Shown here piece by piece: positions 13,961-26,986 of a stretch of DNA of 64,000 nucleotides; the first letter of the stretch is position 1; the number at the start of each line of letters is the position of its first letter. Origin of the DNA: Octopus sinensis. Lineage: Eukaryota. The position numbers were made by a program, and so were the translations under genes. The DNA is taken from positions 61,132,001 through 61,196,000 of the forward strand of contig NC_043001.1 of NCBI RefSeq assembly GCF_006345805.1. The letters are read 5' to 3'. The notes under the pieces are model-generated. The model was not told the DNA's origin and did not search any database. It saw only the letters and a program-made list of their open reading frames with translations.

Positions 13961-14871
13961 AGGGATGTTTAAAGCGATTAGGTTTCCCAAGTGGTTACCC
14001 ATATATGTCTTCGTGTGTGTGTGTGTGTGTTTTTCTGTGTGTGACTGTTTGTCTGTGTGTGTAATACCTGGATAGCCTCTTTGAATTTAATCTGAAAATT
14101 CTACTTAAGGTATTTAATTTATATGCACATGGAAATATGCAATACTATAAATGTGGTCTTTAATTAAACTTAAATAATAGATTTTATCCAAAGGTCTCTA
14201 AAATTTTTTTTTAATACATTAAAACCGAAATAAAACGCACATATTTCTCTAAAAGATTAGAAAATGCACTGAATAACATTAATTAAATTTTATATTTTAA
14301 TAGTCACATTACAGATCACGAATTTACGCTCACCAACAGAGGAGTAAATAACTCAAGTGGTTTCTCTGTTTTACGTGTTTACGTCCATTTAACATGAAAA
14401 ACATTAAAATTAATAACAGGATTACTCATTAATTCCCATAAAGATATGTGTACCAATCTAAATAGTTTTATACATATTTTTACGTTCTAATATTCGATAT
14501 TCTACAGCACGATATATTACACGCTTACTTCCTCAGACCAAGAAACATGCACACACAATTACAGGCACAGTGTTTTCTCTCGATAATATAGATATCCAGG
14601 CTTAGTCTCGCAAATATACATGTACACTATGCATGCAATGATAAATAAAATTATTTTTATGTAGTTATTTATACGTTGTGTGTATGTGCGTGAATATGAA
14701 GGATATGTCATCCTTATTATATTCCAGTATAACATTCTCTATGCCTAAATTTCAAAAGTTTCCTAAGTATGTGATTATATAAGGAACCTGAATAAAAGTA
14801 TTACAGCAAAATAATTTTAAGTATGGTCATTCCGTTGTCAGAAACACTTTAGTATACACATTGTGGAAGCC

Positions 14872-15510
14872 TACTGTGCAAAAAGTTCTCGGACTAGTTA
14901 TGCTTAACAGAAAATAATTTATTTACCTAAGTTTTAACGATACACCGGTCCCAACGATTCCTGCCACTTTTGGAATCCGAACGGGAAGCGACTGGGAGAC
15001 TTTTTGCGATTCACTCTGGTCTCGATAACGCTGTAAAAATGGTGACCTCTCAACTGCATTTTCATCTTGGGGAAGAGATGGTAGACCACAGAGGCTAAAT
15101 CTCGCGATAGGGCAGGTGCGGAAGTTGTACCATGTAATTTGCTGCGAGAAGCTCACGAGTGTGGAGAGCTGGGCGACAGAGTGCATTGTCGCCGTGAAGA
15201 ATCCAATACTTCGTGTTACTCAGATCCGGTCGCTTTCGCCGAGTGCCCTCCTTCTAACGCTTCAAAACGTCGGAGTAGAACTCTCGCTTGACGGTCTGGC
15301 CCTAGAGAACGAATTCTCAGTGCACGATACAAATGATGTCGAAAAAAAGAAACGATGAGCACGCCCTTGGTTGAGCTGCGGTTCTGTTGTATCTTCTTCG
15401 GTCGTGGAAATGAAGGTCACTGCTAGCTCTCATTGTTCACGCACCTCTGTGCTGCCAATCTGTTGGGGCGCTACAGCACTATTCGGTGACACTTTTGGAA
15501 CCAGTTCGTT
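14872..15510 (-). mobile_element. Mariner remnant, internally deleted
   Basis: Minus-strand ILHGDNA...LPHLPY.RDLA...HLFPKMKMQLRG. TIR-like gtgcaaaaagttctcggactag at ~14876. Confidence 0.7.
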
Positions 15511-15849
15511 TATACTTAAGCATTTTTTATTCTTCTATGTACATGTTCATACATACTAAACGAGTTTAATTATACTTAATGTTTTGACGCAGAGCTGACG
15601 CTTGTTTATTGCGTTAAATTACATGAGGCAAGTTACAGAACATTTAGAAATTGGTATCTAGTATAAGATACCGATGGAACGTGGCCAAATCTGCAATGAA
15701 AGTACATGTTTAGGTTGTTCTTAACAAAGTGATGCAGTTTTATGTGACATTATTTATTCGGAATACAGACTAGTCGGAAAATAAAGAGATTTTAGGAGAG
15801 GAAACAGTGTTTTGAGAAGCTGTCGAGTATATAAGATGCTGCGTCGCAT

Positions 15850-16620
15850 GTAAGAAAAATATTCTCATTATAGCAAAGATTCAATTTAGTTGCATCCATA
15901 ATTTTCAAGAAGGGTTGAAAGTGGAGGGGCAAACACAAAATATGCGCGCACAGGCATATACGCGTGCGCATCAACATGTCTACTGAAAACGAAGTATCCC
16001 TCTCCAGGAAACACGAGGGCAAATTGAAACATTGAAACATTTTTAGTATCCGGACATAATGACAAATACACTTCGAGACAAATCATCCTTGTCAAATCTT
16101 CATACACCGTTATTTTATGTCAGTAACGTGAAATTATTCAGTAGAAGGATCTTCATTGTGTTTAAGTGCGGGGGCAATATCATCATGCTGGCTGTGAGCA
16201 TTGACCGTGTGCAAGCAATCGATTTAACGAATTTTTTTCGCTTCCGTAAACGTGTGTATCTATAATCTTGTACCTACTGTTCCGTTGATTTCCAACAAAT
16301 TCCATATATTCAACCATCTCCGTGTATACAAACGGATGAATTTCTGAATAATATTGTTGTACGGCTTTTCACACTGTGCTTAACATGCTGCCGCACATTC
16401 CTTTCTTCCTCTTGTTCTCACTCGCCATCCTACACTCAAATACACTTAAACTCTCTACAACAATACTTATCTGTCAACTATATCTTCCATTCGATGCAAT
16501 TGCAACTAAGCAACAAATATCCGAAGCTATTTCGGGTGTCTCTACACGTTTTCGTCTCTCACAAAAGCATCCAAATTAAGTTTTGTTACTGTTTATTACA
16601 CAGAGAATTTCACAGATTTA
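15850..16620 (-). mobile_element. Very decayed Tc1-like transposase remnant
   Basis: Traces resembling ES.F.VF..DGRV (~16420-16460) and QHD..AP (~16170-16190). Heavily mutated. Confidence 0.35.
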
Positions 16621-16946
16621 TACATCGATTTCAAACTCTTTATATTGATATTGATATTGTGTTTTTCATTGGTTTTGTTTACATTGCATCATATATTGCA
16701 AGATACATTAATATATTATTTCGAAAAGACATACAGACACCATTCACTAGATGGTGCGTCATATTTTTCAAAATTAACATTCACATACTGAGTAAATATT
16801 CGGTCAATAAGAAACACAACTGTGTGTATATACATACTAAATTTAATATACATTAGGTCGACATATGTTAATATATCTATACAGGAGTATATAAGAAACG
16901 AATTACACGCAAGCATATATAAGTCTCCCTCTCCCTCAACCCCATT

Positions 16947-16977
<31 letters not shown>

Positions 16978-17490
16978 CTCTTTTTTTTTCATCTAACTGT
17001 CTAAATTACTTATTCGTCTCTCCCCCTTTTCTGTGTATTTGCATATATGTATTTATGCTCACAATCATGTATATATATATATGTGTGTGTGTGTGTGTAT
17101 GTGTGTGTATGTGTGTGTGTGCGTATGAGTATGTGTGTGAGTATGTGCGCGTGCGTGCTTGTGTGCTTATATATGTATAATATTATGTCTTTGTATTTAC
17201 GTCAATATAATTGCAATTGTATTGTTAAATCTCCATAGTAAACTAAATCAATCATATATATTTCACAATAAATCAAAATGTATTTTAAATACCAAAGAAA
17301 TCTTTTAAAAATATTATTGATGTATTCAATTTAGATATAATAAATGGTATTCTATTATCTAATGTATTCAAATATTTCATATAGGACCGTATTAAGGATG
17401 ATCTTTTTTCTTGAAATATACGTATAGAAATAATGTTTTCCACCATACATATTTATGTATAGGCATAGTTATATGTATATATGTACATGG

Positions 17491-17555
<65 letters not shown>

Positions 17556-18251
17556 TGTTGTGTATATATGTGTGTGTGTATATTTATATATGTAACTCAT
17601 ACACACACACTCTCTCTCTCAGACACACATATACACATATATATACATACCCAAATGCATACACACATATACAGAAATATGTATTACAACTACGTATATA
17701 TATTTGTACGCAAACTGAAAGAAGCAACGATTAAAATAACGGCCTTTCTATTTATTTTTAACCCATTGCATCATATCAGAATGCTGCAGCAATTTAGTTG
17801 TATGTTCTGAGAGATAAACTTCTGCAATGAATTTCATTCCAGTTCTAACGTGCAGAAATGATAGAAATAAGTTGGGAACTTAATTTTGATTGTAGCTGCT
17901 TCATATGTTTAGTCTGAATTAATTCCACATTTTTGTCTAAACACATACCAATAAATGATTTCTTCGTTGTTTTCAGTATAAGAACAGATCTTCCTGTCTA
18001 AATCAAATTGCCCTGGCGGTCTCTATTACTGACATGGCGAATTCAAGCCGACACACTGTTTGTGGATGTCCGCTAACATAAGTTGTTATTAACGTTCTCA
18101 AATGATACAATGGTTTAAAAAATATATGCAGAGATCGGTATGTTCAACGACGTTACCTACTCTCTACGGTCACGCGCGCACCCACACACACACATATGTG
18201 TGTATATATGTGTGTGTATATAGATAGATGGATAGATAAATTCATCTGTAT

Positions 18252-19350
18252 AAAACGGAAATGTTACACAAATACAAATAACAGGACATAACAACAGTTG
18301 TCTTTTGACTAAGAAGTAACATTCTCCGTTTTTTTCCTTCCTTGTTTTCGTATATATTCGCTGCTTTCTTGCAAGGAACCTAATGCTCTTAGCTTAGTTT
18401 TGCCTTGGGGATGGCCAGATTGGAGCAATCTCGAGTATACCCAGCCAAAATTGCAAAGATAATCAGGAACTCGACTGAGGAAAAAAATCCGAATGACCCG
18501 TCCTTGTTTTCTTTGTATCGTCTATCTGGATGTTTTGTTGTCCCTGTTATGTACCTCCTAACTCTCTGGATGGTTTACCTTCTTGTCCCATTTTGTATTT
18601 TTATATATGAAACATAGCGACGTACGTACACTTTGGTCCTTTATATGTAAGTATATATTTATCTAAATCTTGTACGACCCTATTCTTTCTATTATTCTTT
18701 CCTTCTTTCTATCTGCCCTTTCACGCTTACTTCGTTCTTTCGTTCCCCCTCTCTCACATTCCCTGCCTTCCCTTCATGCTCACTTTCCCCCCTCTTTTCA
18801 TTTCACTGTATCCTTGTCATTTTTCTCGCCCCTCCTTATTTCTATTGTCCTTTACCTCTACCACTCTCTCTTCTCTCCCCACCTGACTGGTGTTCGACCA
18901 AGCCTGACCTTTCTTTCTTGCAACCTCTATATTCCTCCCTGTGCTTGTGAAATCTTGTATCCCTACCGTAAGGCTTTACTTCCACATACGCCAGCTTAAT
19001 TTAATTCGTCCTTAGTCGAAAGACACCGGTTGTTATGTACTGTTATTTGTATTTGTGTAAAATTCTCCGTTTTTGTCCATCTTTGTTTTCATATTCATTT
19101 GTTGCTTTCTTAAAAGGAATCTGATGCTCTTAGCTTAGTTTTTCCTTGGGGCGGGCCAGAATGGAGCAATCTCGAATATTACCAGCCGAAATTGCAAAGA
19201 TAATCTGGATCTCGCCTGAGGAAAGAAACCTCCGAATGACCCGTCCTTGTTTTCTTTGTATCGTCTATCTGGATGTGTTGTTGTCCCTTTTTTGTATCAC
19301 CTAACTTTCTGCATGTTTTGCGTTCTTGTCATATTTTGTATATTTTCTAT
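18252..19350 (+). mobile_element. Non-coding repeat pair with pseudo-LTR-like direct + inverted arrangement (Penelope-like)
   Basis: 18316-18600 is a diverged direct repeat of 19056-19340. 18252-18313 is the reverse complement of 19011-19073. Pyrimidine-rich spacer; (TA)n follows. Confidence 0.65.
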
Positions 19351-19357
19351 AATATAC

Positions 19358-19425
<68 letters not shown>

Positions 19426-20064
19426 GTATATCTCTATGTACGTATATATATCCGTGTGTGTGAGTGTATATATATTGCATTTTTTAATTTGGTTTGTAAG
19501 ATTCCTTATGTGAATTCGTGTATTGAAGCATATTTTGTTGTTTCTGAAGATAATCATTCGGTATGAATGGCTTATTTTATTTAATACACTCACCGATTCA
19601 GTTTCCTCTCATTATTATTTCTTCTTAAAATTTTCGTTGCTTCTTGCAAACTCTTGAATATTTGTTGACTCTGTCCTTTATTGGAGCTGTGTTGTTTTGT
19701 TTGTTTGTGCACATGTGTGCCGTCTGCTACCCTGCAACAACTTGTCAGACTTTGAGTCTATTTCTTTCCTCCTCATGGTCAATTTCCTGTTCACCATGCA
19801 GTATTTTGCAACTAACTGTTACCCATATACCAATATCAAACCACGACACCGTCTGACCTTCCTCGACCAATCGCAGGCCACCTTACGGTAATAACAATCA
19901 ACTTCGGTCATTCAAATTCAAAATGGCTTACGATTAGCTTCGCGCATGAAACTCAAGAGTACTAAAGAATTTGAATCAAACTGTTTTGATCCATACACAT
20001 AACTCCCAATAAACTAGTTCAGTGCCCTTCTTTCATTTGTCCACTCACTCCTATATATATATAC

Positions 20065-20130
<66 letters not shown>

Positions 20131-20140
20131 CCGTATATAG

Positions 20141-20528
20141 AACAAGTAAAATAGCTAGTTGTAAAATCTGAAAATAGATCAGAGTAGTAATTATACTAAT
20201 AAATAAAGTTATTCGCCACATCAGAGCTGTTGTTCCATGTCACTATTAGTTTAACCTCAGGCAGAACTTCCGCCAGCTGGTTATCGGTGCGATACTGCAC
20301 CATGTCTATTGCTAGCAGGGGGAGAGAACACCTTCCATTCTCTAGCAGACAACAGGATCGCGCGACTAACTCAGTATCTTGCTGCTTGACCCCCTTAACC
20401 AGCTGGTGGAATATCTCCCTCTTGTTAAACTGGTAGTAACATCGAACATCCACTTTGACATGCGATTAACTTTACTTGTTATTATAGTTACTACTGTGAT
20501 CATTTTTACAACTAGCTATTTTGCGTGT
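20141..20528. mobile_element. MITE-like palindromic element
   Basis: Termini aaaatagctagttgtaaaa / ttttacaactagctatttt, with further inverted homology inward (20230-20280 vs 20400-20450). Confidence 0.75.
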
Positions 20529-20584
20529 AACCAACCAGTGATCGATGAGCGCTTTGTTTACAATCTATTGCTGGCTGGAGTGGA

Positions 20585-20757
20585 CCACGGCTGTCGCTCT
20601 GGCGACTGAGGAATGGCCAACCAGCTCGAAACTGAGTCAGTCTCGCGATTCCCTTGTCTGCTAGCGAATGGCAGGTTTCGCTCTCCCTGCTAGCAATATA
20701 CAGGGTGCCGCTGGCGGTGGAAGATCTACCTGGATTAAATTAGTTGTAACAGGGGAG
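20585..20757 (-). mobile_element. Truncated inverted copy of the same MITE family
   Basis: 20632-20709 is the reverse complement of 20297-20375 (gcaccatgtctattgctagcagg...gactaactcagt). Confidence 0.7.
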
Positions 20758-20769
20758 AACCACAGAAAA

Positions 20770-21152
20770 CCAAAGACATTGCAGTACCACGTCAACGGGC
20801 GAGGAATTGTGAATGAAATGAATTGCAACAAAATTTGTGCTTCGCTTGCTCACGGAAGATCAAAAGCAGTCACAACAGAATGTGTGTAATGAACTGGTCA
20901 TCTAAGGCCATAACTCGTGATGAAAGCTGGTGCTATGAAATTTTCAAAAGTCGAAGATATTAAGAAAAGCGATGGAGGCGTGAAAAGGCTTCACTTCTCG
21001 AGAGTTGCAGCAGTTTCAAACAGTGGAAAACTAATCTGGACCAATGCATTGCTTCAAATGGAGAATATTTTGAAGGCGTTAAAAGTGTAAACATCTAAAG
21101 ATAAGTGAATAAAATAACATTGCAGGGTTCTGGTTTATTTTGGATACCCTCG
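20770..21152 (+). mobile_element. Internally deleted mariner remnant
   Basis: ITRDESWCY (~20910) joined to C-terminal QWKTNLDQCIASNGEYFEG. Right TIR-like end ...tttggataccctcg followed by TA. Confidence 0.7.
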
Positions 21153-21247
21153 TATACACACACATACATGTGTATATATATATATAAGGTATGTATATAT
21201 ATATATATATATATATGTATAAAAATATATATATATACACACATATT

Positions 21248-21282
<35 letters not shown>

Positions 21283-21286
<4 letters not shown>

Positions 21287-21690
21287 ATAAATATTAGGGA
21301 ATAAATCCAAATTTACAGGGAAAAATCAGATTTAGGATTAAATCCAATTTTATAGTAAAATATTATATAATATAATTCGAGACAAAACCACTACATTGCA
21401 AAACAAACAAGGAAAGACTTAATCAATACATAAAAATTTTTAATATAAAGAAATAAACCGCCACTACAATCGTTTCATGTCTTCAATGACATTCGTCAGG
21501 TGGACGTTCGATCTCCTAATCTGTTTTAATTTTAATTTCAGATCGGTTGTCAAAGTTTACTTAGTATCGTTAGTAACTTTAAGCATGCTTATAGAATTTA
21601 TACTCCGACTAACTCTGTAGCAGACGCGGCATGAACTTTGAGTGCTGGACTTGTTGTTTTGTCTTGTCTCTGATTTTAATTTAAATTTAT
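21283..21690 (-). mobile_element. Non-coding hammerhead-bearing element between microsatellites (PLE pseudo-LTR/retrozyme-like)
   Basis: Flanked by (TA)n and (CA)n. Contains the HHR at 21461-21503. 21536-21674 recurs inverted at 22290-22428. Confidence 0.65.
21461..21503 (-). ncRNA. Minimal type I hammerhead ribozyme motif
   Basis: Minus strand reads CCAC-CUGACGA-AUGUC(AUUGAA)GACAU-GAAA-CGAUUG-UA-GUGG. Perfect 4-bp stem I, perfect 5-bp stem II, intact core. Confidence 0.88.
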
Positions 21691-21702
21691 ATGTCTATAC
21701 AT

Positions 21703-21757
<55 letters not shown>

Positions 21758-21758
<1 letters not shown>

Positions 21759-21991
21759 ATTAAAAATGAGGGTGTCTAAAAGACACCAACATGCCGAAAT
21801 AGCAGTCGAAACACTGACTATAGTACTTTAACGTGGTACTATAGTCAGTGTTTCGACTGCTATTCCGGCATGTTGGTGTCTTTTAGACACCCTCATTTTT
21901 AATTGTTAAAAAAATTTTTTTACCTTTGTAAGGAATTTCTTTCATGCTGGCCACTTGATAATTTCGACACTTAAATATCGATATTATCCTC
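21758..21991. repeat. Fold-back element: 69-bp near-perfect hairpin plus ~87-bp tail, in (TA)n
   Basis: Arms 21758-21826 and 21836-21904, 1 mismatch, 9-nt loop. Confidence 0.9.
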
Positions 21992-22289
21992 ATATATAAA
22001 TATATATATATATGATATGCATGGAGTTGAGCATATATACACATATATTTTCCTATATATATTTGTAAGAAAATACTTTATTTCTCTACGTATATTTGAA
22101 GGAGAAAAATATTACCATTAATACAGTTTTATTTGAAAGATTTACATGAATACATTCGATAACATAATATACATTATATTATGAAAATTGAATGCATCAA
22201 TAATATAATTTTTTAAAATATTTTCAGTATTTAAAGTGCATTTTGATTGCTTGTGGAAGCTGTTTTTTTTTTGAGAGAGTATTGTCAGG

Positions 22290-22428
22290 ATCAGAGACAA
22301 GACAAAACAACAGATCCAGCACTCAAATTTCATGCCGCGTCTGCTACAGAGTTAGTCGGAGTATAAATTCTATAAGCATGCTTAAAGTTACTAACGATAC
22401 TAAGTAAACTTTGACAACCGATCTGAAA
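22290..22428. repeat. 139-bp inverted copy of 21536-21674
   Basis: About 3 mismatches by eye. Confidence 0.9.
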
Positions 22429-22859
22429 GAAGGCACAGGAACCGACTCTCTCTCTCTCTCACTAGCTGAAGGATGAATTTTTTCTCAAAAGAAACGAACT
22501 CTGCTGGATTTGAGCAACTTCGGCAGATAGCTTTTATTAGTGAAGATCTTTTGCTGCATCGTTAATAATGTAACAATTTGCGACTGAACACTTAGTTACA
22601 ACGTCCAAAATGTAAAATGCATTAGCATTCAACCAGATCATTATGGGACCGAAGCTGAACGTCAAAGGATGCACAACGGTATATTAAAATTACAACAAAT
22701 TCTAACCACGAGTACCCACCGTTCATCCAAGGCTTATATGAATTTATCTTTTACTTAAAATTAGAGGTAAAAGATAAATTCATGTTAATAACTGCATTTT
22801 TTTACAGGTAAACTGACATCTCTCTGTTCAAAGAATACTTCAAATGCGACTGCTTTTGA

Positions 22860-23708
22860 AAATTAAGAAAATTTCACATCATAGTGTTAAGAAGTATCTA
22901 CAGAGAAAAGGGTTAACCAACAAGGACAGTCATCCTGACATGGTTGCTGCATTAGAGGATAAGGCTCCAGCATTATCAACAGTGCAAAAGTAGGAAGCTG
23001 ACCTTAGGAGGGGAACAGATAGGCTTGAAAATGACTCAAGGTATGTAACTTCAAGTACAGAGGAAAACATTGATCGTGTTCCCCACACGGTGATGGATGA
23101 TCGGCGACTAACTATAAATCAAATAGCCAATGTACTATTATCTCATAAGAGTTTTGACAATATACTTACATAATGAACTTGGCATGGCGCAAGCCGCTGC
23201 TCGCTAGGTGCCAAGTCTTCTGATACCTGATCAAAACGCACCAGGCTGATCAAAATGCGGGCAAACCTGACATAGTTTGAGGCAGTTTCAACTAGTTTCC
23301 TTGAAGGATTTCTAACACAGAATCACGAAAAAGATTTTGTTTCATCAAGACAATGCTCAGCAAAAACATGTTTGGTCTCAATGGCTGCTGTTCGTGACTG
23401 TGGTTTTGCACTTGCTGATCACGCTCTCTTGTCTCCTGGTTTGGAGTGATCTGACAATCGTCTGTTCTCCAACATGAAAAACACTTTGCTGAGAAACAAC
23501 ATCGCAGTGATGATGACTCAGTATCTGCTATTGATGTTTGTTTTGGACAACAGGCTGACAGCCTCTTGACCAATGGGATCAAAACACTGCAACACTGATT
23601 AGAGAAGTGTGTGGACTGCAACGGGGATTATGTTGAAAGATAATCTTCATCTGTTAACATTCCAGGAGAGCATCTTGGTGATGGTATGAACTTTACAGCA
23701 GACTCTCA
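22860..23708 (+). mobile_element. Decayed, internally deleted mariner
   Basis: HTH region KYLQRKGLT...DMVAALEDKAPALSTVQK*, AR*VPSLL (WVPRLL-like), and C-terminal CNGDYVER*. Confidence 0.75.
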
Positions 23709-25564
23709 CACAGACTCTTGAGAAAATGAAAATATGTGGCTCGAAGGAACGAATTTTAATCTTACAAGCAGCAAAAAAATTTGGATCAAATTACAAACCG
23801 GGAAAGAGTCCGGAAAATATTAGGCATCAATAAACTTGAAAGAAGGGCAGTGCTAGATTTGAAAGCAATAATAGTTACACATTGTTAAGACTTGTGGGTG
23901 GTGTGTTACTATCCATGTAGCACACAGCGGATAACAACGAAACTTGAAAACTTCAGTACATAATATTAGCAACATGTTTTTCAGGTAAATGTGGAATAAA
24001 AACGACAGATCTAAAGCATCAGAAAAATTTAGTATAGCATATATTCTACCATCAAAAATAAATTAATTGGTATTTGTCGGTACTTTCGATAAATAACAGC
24101 AATAGTGATTATTCCCTAAAAATGAAAGGTAAATTACGTTATACTCTTAATATAAACCAGTTCAATATCATGATGTTTAGTGAAATATGTGCAGCAACCG
24201 TTTCACTTAGTAAGGGATATTAGTAAAGCTAGTTTAATGACAGGAGGCTTAACATGGAATGAAAGAACATATAAAAGAGTTATAGGAAGCATGAAGTTCA
24301 TTGCCAGGGGAAATTTTTTACTAAAAATTACTTAGTAATACAAAAAAGAGATGTAGAGCAACATAAATATATAAGAAGACGTTATACGAGAATTTCAAGA
24401 GTGCCTGATACATAAATATTTTCTTATAATCCAGAGAGCTTGCCGTTAAGTAAATACGTGCACTCAGCAGTCAGTTTACAGCCGAAATTGATTTTGAAGT
24501 GAATTCCGTTATCAGAAAAACAGCAATTACTGCTATTAGAATTACTCAATATCTGAGAGAGAGGCAATAAGAATGGAATTATATTTTCCTTTCCGTATTG
24601 AAAAATATCTTGGCTCTTTTCGATATTATGACAGGGCACGAGGTAAGATAGAACGAAATATAATTTTCAAAAAAGAATTCCCAAGGCAAAATTCTGTATG
24701 ATAATTATATTTTTGTTATCGAACTTTCTAATAAAAAACCCAAATTAACAAGGTACCACTATTTTAAAATCTTTCTTATTTTTGAGGGGTGGGGTCAAAT
24801 CTTAGTCGAATTCAATAGGTTATGTGGGAGATGAAATTTGAGATTAAAACTTTTGTGAAAGACTTGGTTGGAAGGCACGTTGGTGCTATTAAAGAAATTA
24901 ATTAAAGTAATTTGCGAGCTCGCATTCGAGAAAACAACTGAATAAAAGCTTGTTAATCAATATACTTTAAAGAAACGAATCTGTTCCATCAACATTTCAT
25001 TTGTACAAATTGAAGCAGCATTGGCTCCGATATTTATCAATTAAGGAATTTAGAATTATTTCAATGGCTACTAATGAAAGTCACTACCGTTTTGTTAGAA
25101 TTCTTCTTTCCAGATTCAAATGGATTACACAATTATTAGTTTGCTGTGAGACTAGCAAATGTTTTGTTCATGCAGGAGAAAACAAAAATATTTTAAATAT
25201 GTAAACTTTAAGCTTTCCACACACTCCGTAATATATTTCACAAAATCAATTCGTTCTCCACATTCATCTAAATTATCTAATCTTATTTCTTTATTTTTTG
25301 TTTCATGCATATCCAAATATGTTATACAAAAAGTAAATAATTTAAATTTAAAACAGTATTTTATATCTATTTCTACGGTGGATATGATACTAATGGGATA
25401 TATAATTCTTTGATTTGTGAGACTCACGTTCCCACACACAAACACTCACACACACACATGCTCACAAACTCACACGCATTTACACACACACACTCATACA
25501 CACAAAGATACATACATATACATGTGGGTGGGTGTCTGTGTGTGTAAGTATGCGTACATATATA

Positions 25565-26140
25565 TAAGAGTTACGGAATGGAGTAGAAAAGTTCGGACTA
25601 CATATGTTTCATGGCAGGTGGAACACCAGAAGAGGTAACATCCAAGCGAGGTAACATCCAATACTCTTCAGGCCAAGGATATCTTGATTAGATTAAAGGC
25701 TACACTGTCATAAGGAGGTATGTATAGACGCAAAGAGGACTCGATTAGAATGTGTGGAGGGCACAGTGTATGAGGGGTATATACATGTAGTGAAAAATAA
25801 GTATTAGAAAAAGGGAAGAAAGAAGAGAAAGAAAAAATAAAAAAGTAAATAAAAAATAAACTACAGGGGAGTGAAAGAAAGGAGGAATTTGGGCAGGTCA
25901 GTAATAGATAATATAGTAGTTTAGCTTAAGCATAGAATTTAAAAGAGGAATTGGTATTTGAAGAGAAAAATCAATTGGCGGTGAGAGGGTGAGGAAATAT
26001 TTTTGGTCGTGATAGAGAAAGAATATGTGTGTGAATAAAGCAAAGTAGGGTGGGGGATTTAAGCATGGCTAGGGATTGATTTCTAGTCGAGGAGTTTCTA
26101 TAACCGAAAGGCATAAATTGGTACAAAAGCGAAGAAACTT
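25565..26140 (-). mobile_element. 3' remnant of a Penelope-like element with hammerhead motif
   Basis: HHR-like motif at 25596-25674. Purine-rich plus strand (pyrimidine-rich 3' UTR), as in the 42420-45720 element. Confidence 0.5.
25596..25674 (-). ncRNA. Type I hammerhead motif with intact core but weak stems
   Basis: GGC-CUGAAGA-GU...AU-GAAA-CAUAUG-UA-GUC. Palindromic stem III insert; the stem II region contains a short tandem duplication (gaggtaacatccaa x2). Confidence 0.55.
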
Positions 26141-26842
26141 ATGAAGTTTCTACCCCTCCACCCGTAAACACACAAATACATATAGGTGTATATATTTGTG
26201 AGGAGGGAGGGAGTAACTCAAATCAAGGAGACACCGACGACACCAAAGTTAATACATGCACACGATATATATAAATATATGTATGTATGTATGTGTATGT
26301 ATGTATGTGCATATGTATGTATAAGGTAGTAAGTAAACATACTGCTGCGTTCATTGCAAACAGCTATGACCTATGCATGGATTACACTTGTTGTTATATC
26401 CACAGTAAGATTTGGTGTAGGTGACTATGAACCATTTGAGAGTGTAAGGGGTTGAATCAAGCTTTGTTTACTGATAAGATTAGATAAAGTTGTACTGTTA
26501 TATTTTGTTTAGGATTTTGTTTAGGATTTGAAGCTAAAGTACTAATTACTCACCCTAGCTTTGAAAGAGGTGCTACATGAGCCGATGTAAATGTAGTTGC
26601 ATTTGTTAGCTGAAACTATGCACTTATAAACTACGTTTTTAGCGACACACCGTTTACTTAAGGCTCAGGAGGCTGAGTGTCTGCAGCTGCATAGGTTTGT
26701 AGGGTTGTTCCGGACGAACTTGCGAGAGTAGTGTTATTTATTGAGGAATCGGTGCTAGGCTCGTTATTATAGTTGGTGCTAATGTTATCGAAGCTAACTT
26801 TCTTCCTATACCTTAATCACTGGGTCTTACATTTATATATAT

Positions 26843-26986
<144 letters not shown>

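Noticed and set aside
17960-18145. Possible exon (ttttcag acceptor at ~17976, gtatgt donor at ~18138)
   Set aside because: Stops in all three frames and no supporting neighbours. A non-coding exon cannot be supported without RNA data.
19543-19575. ctgaaga followed by a tcattc/gaatgg stem
   Set aside because: No GAAA or stem III/NUH follows.
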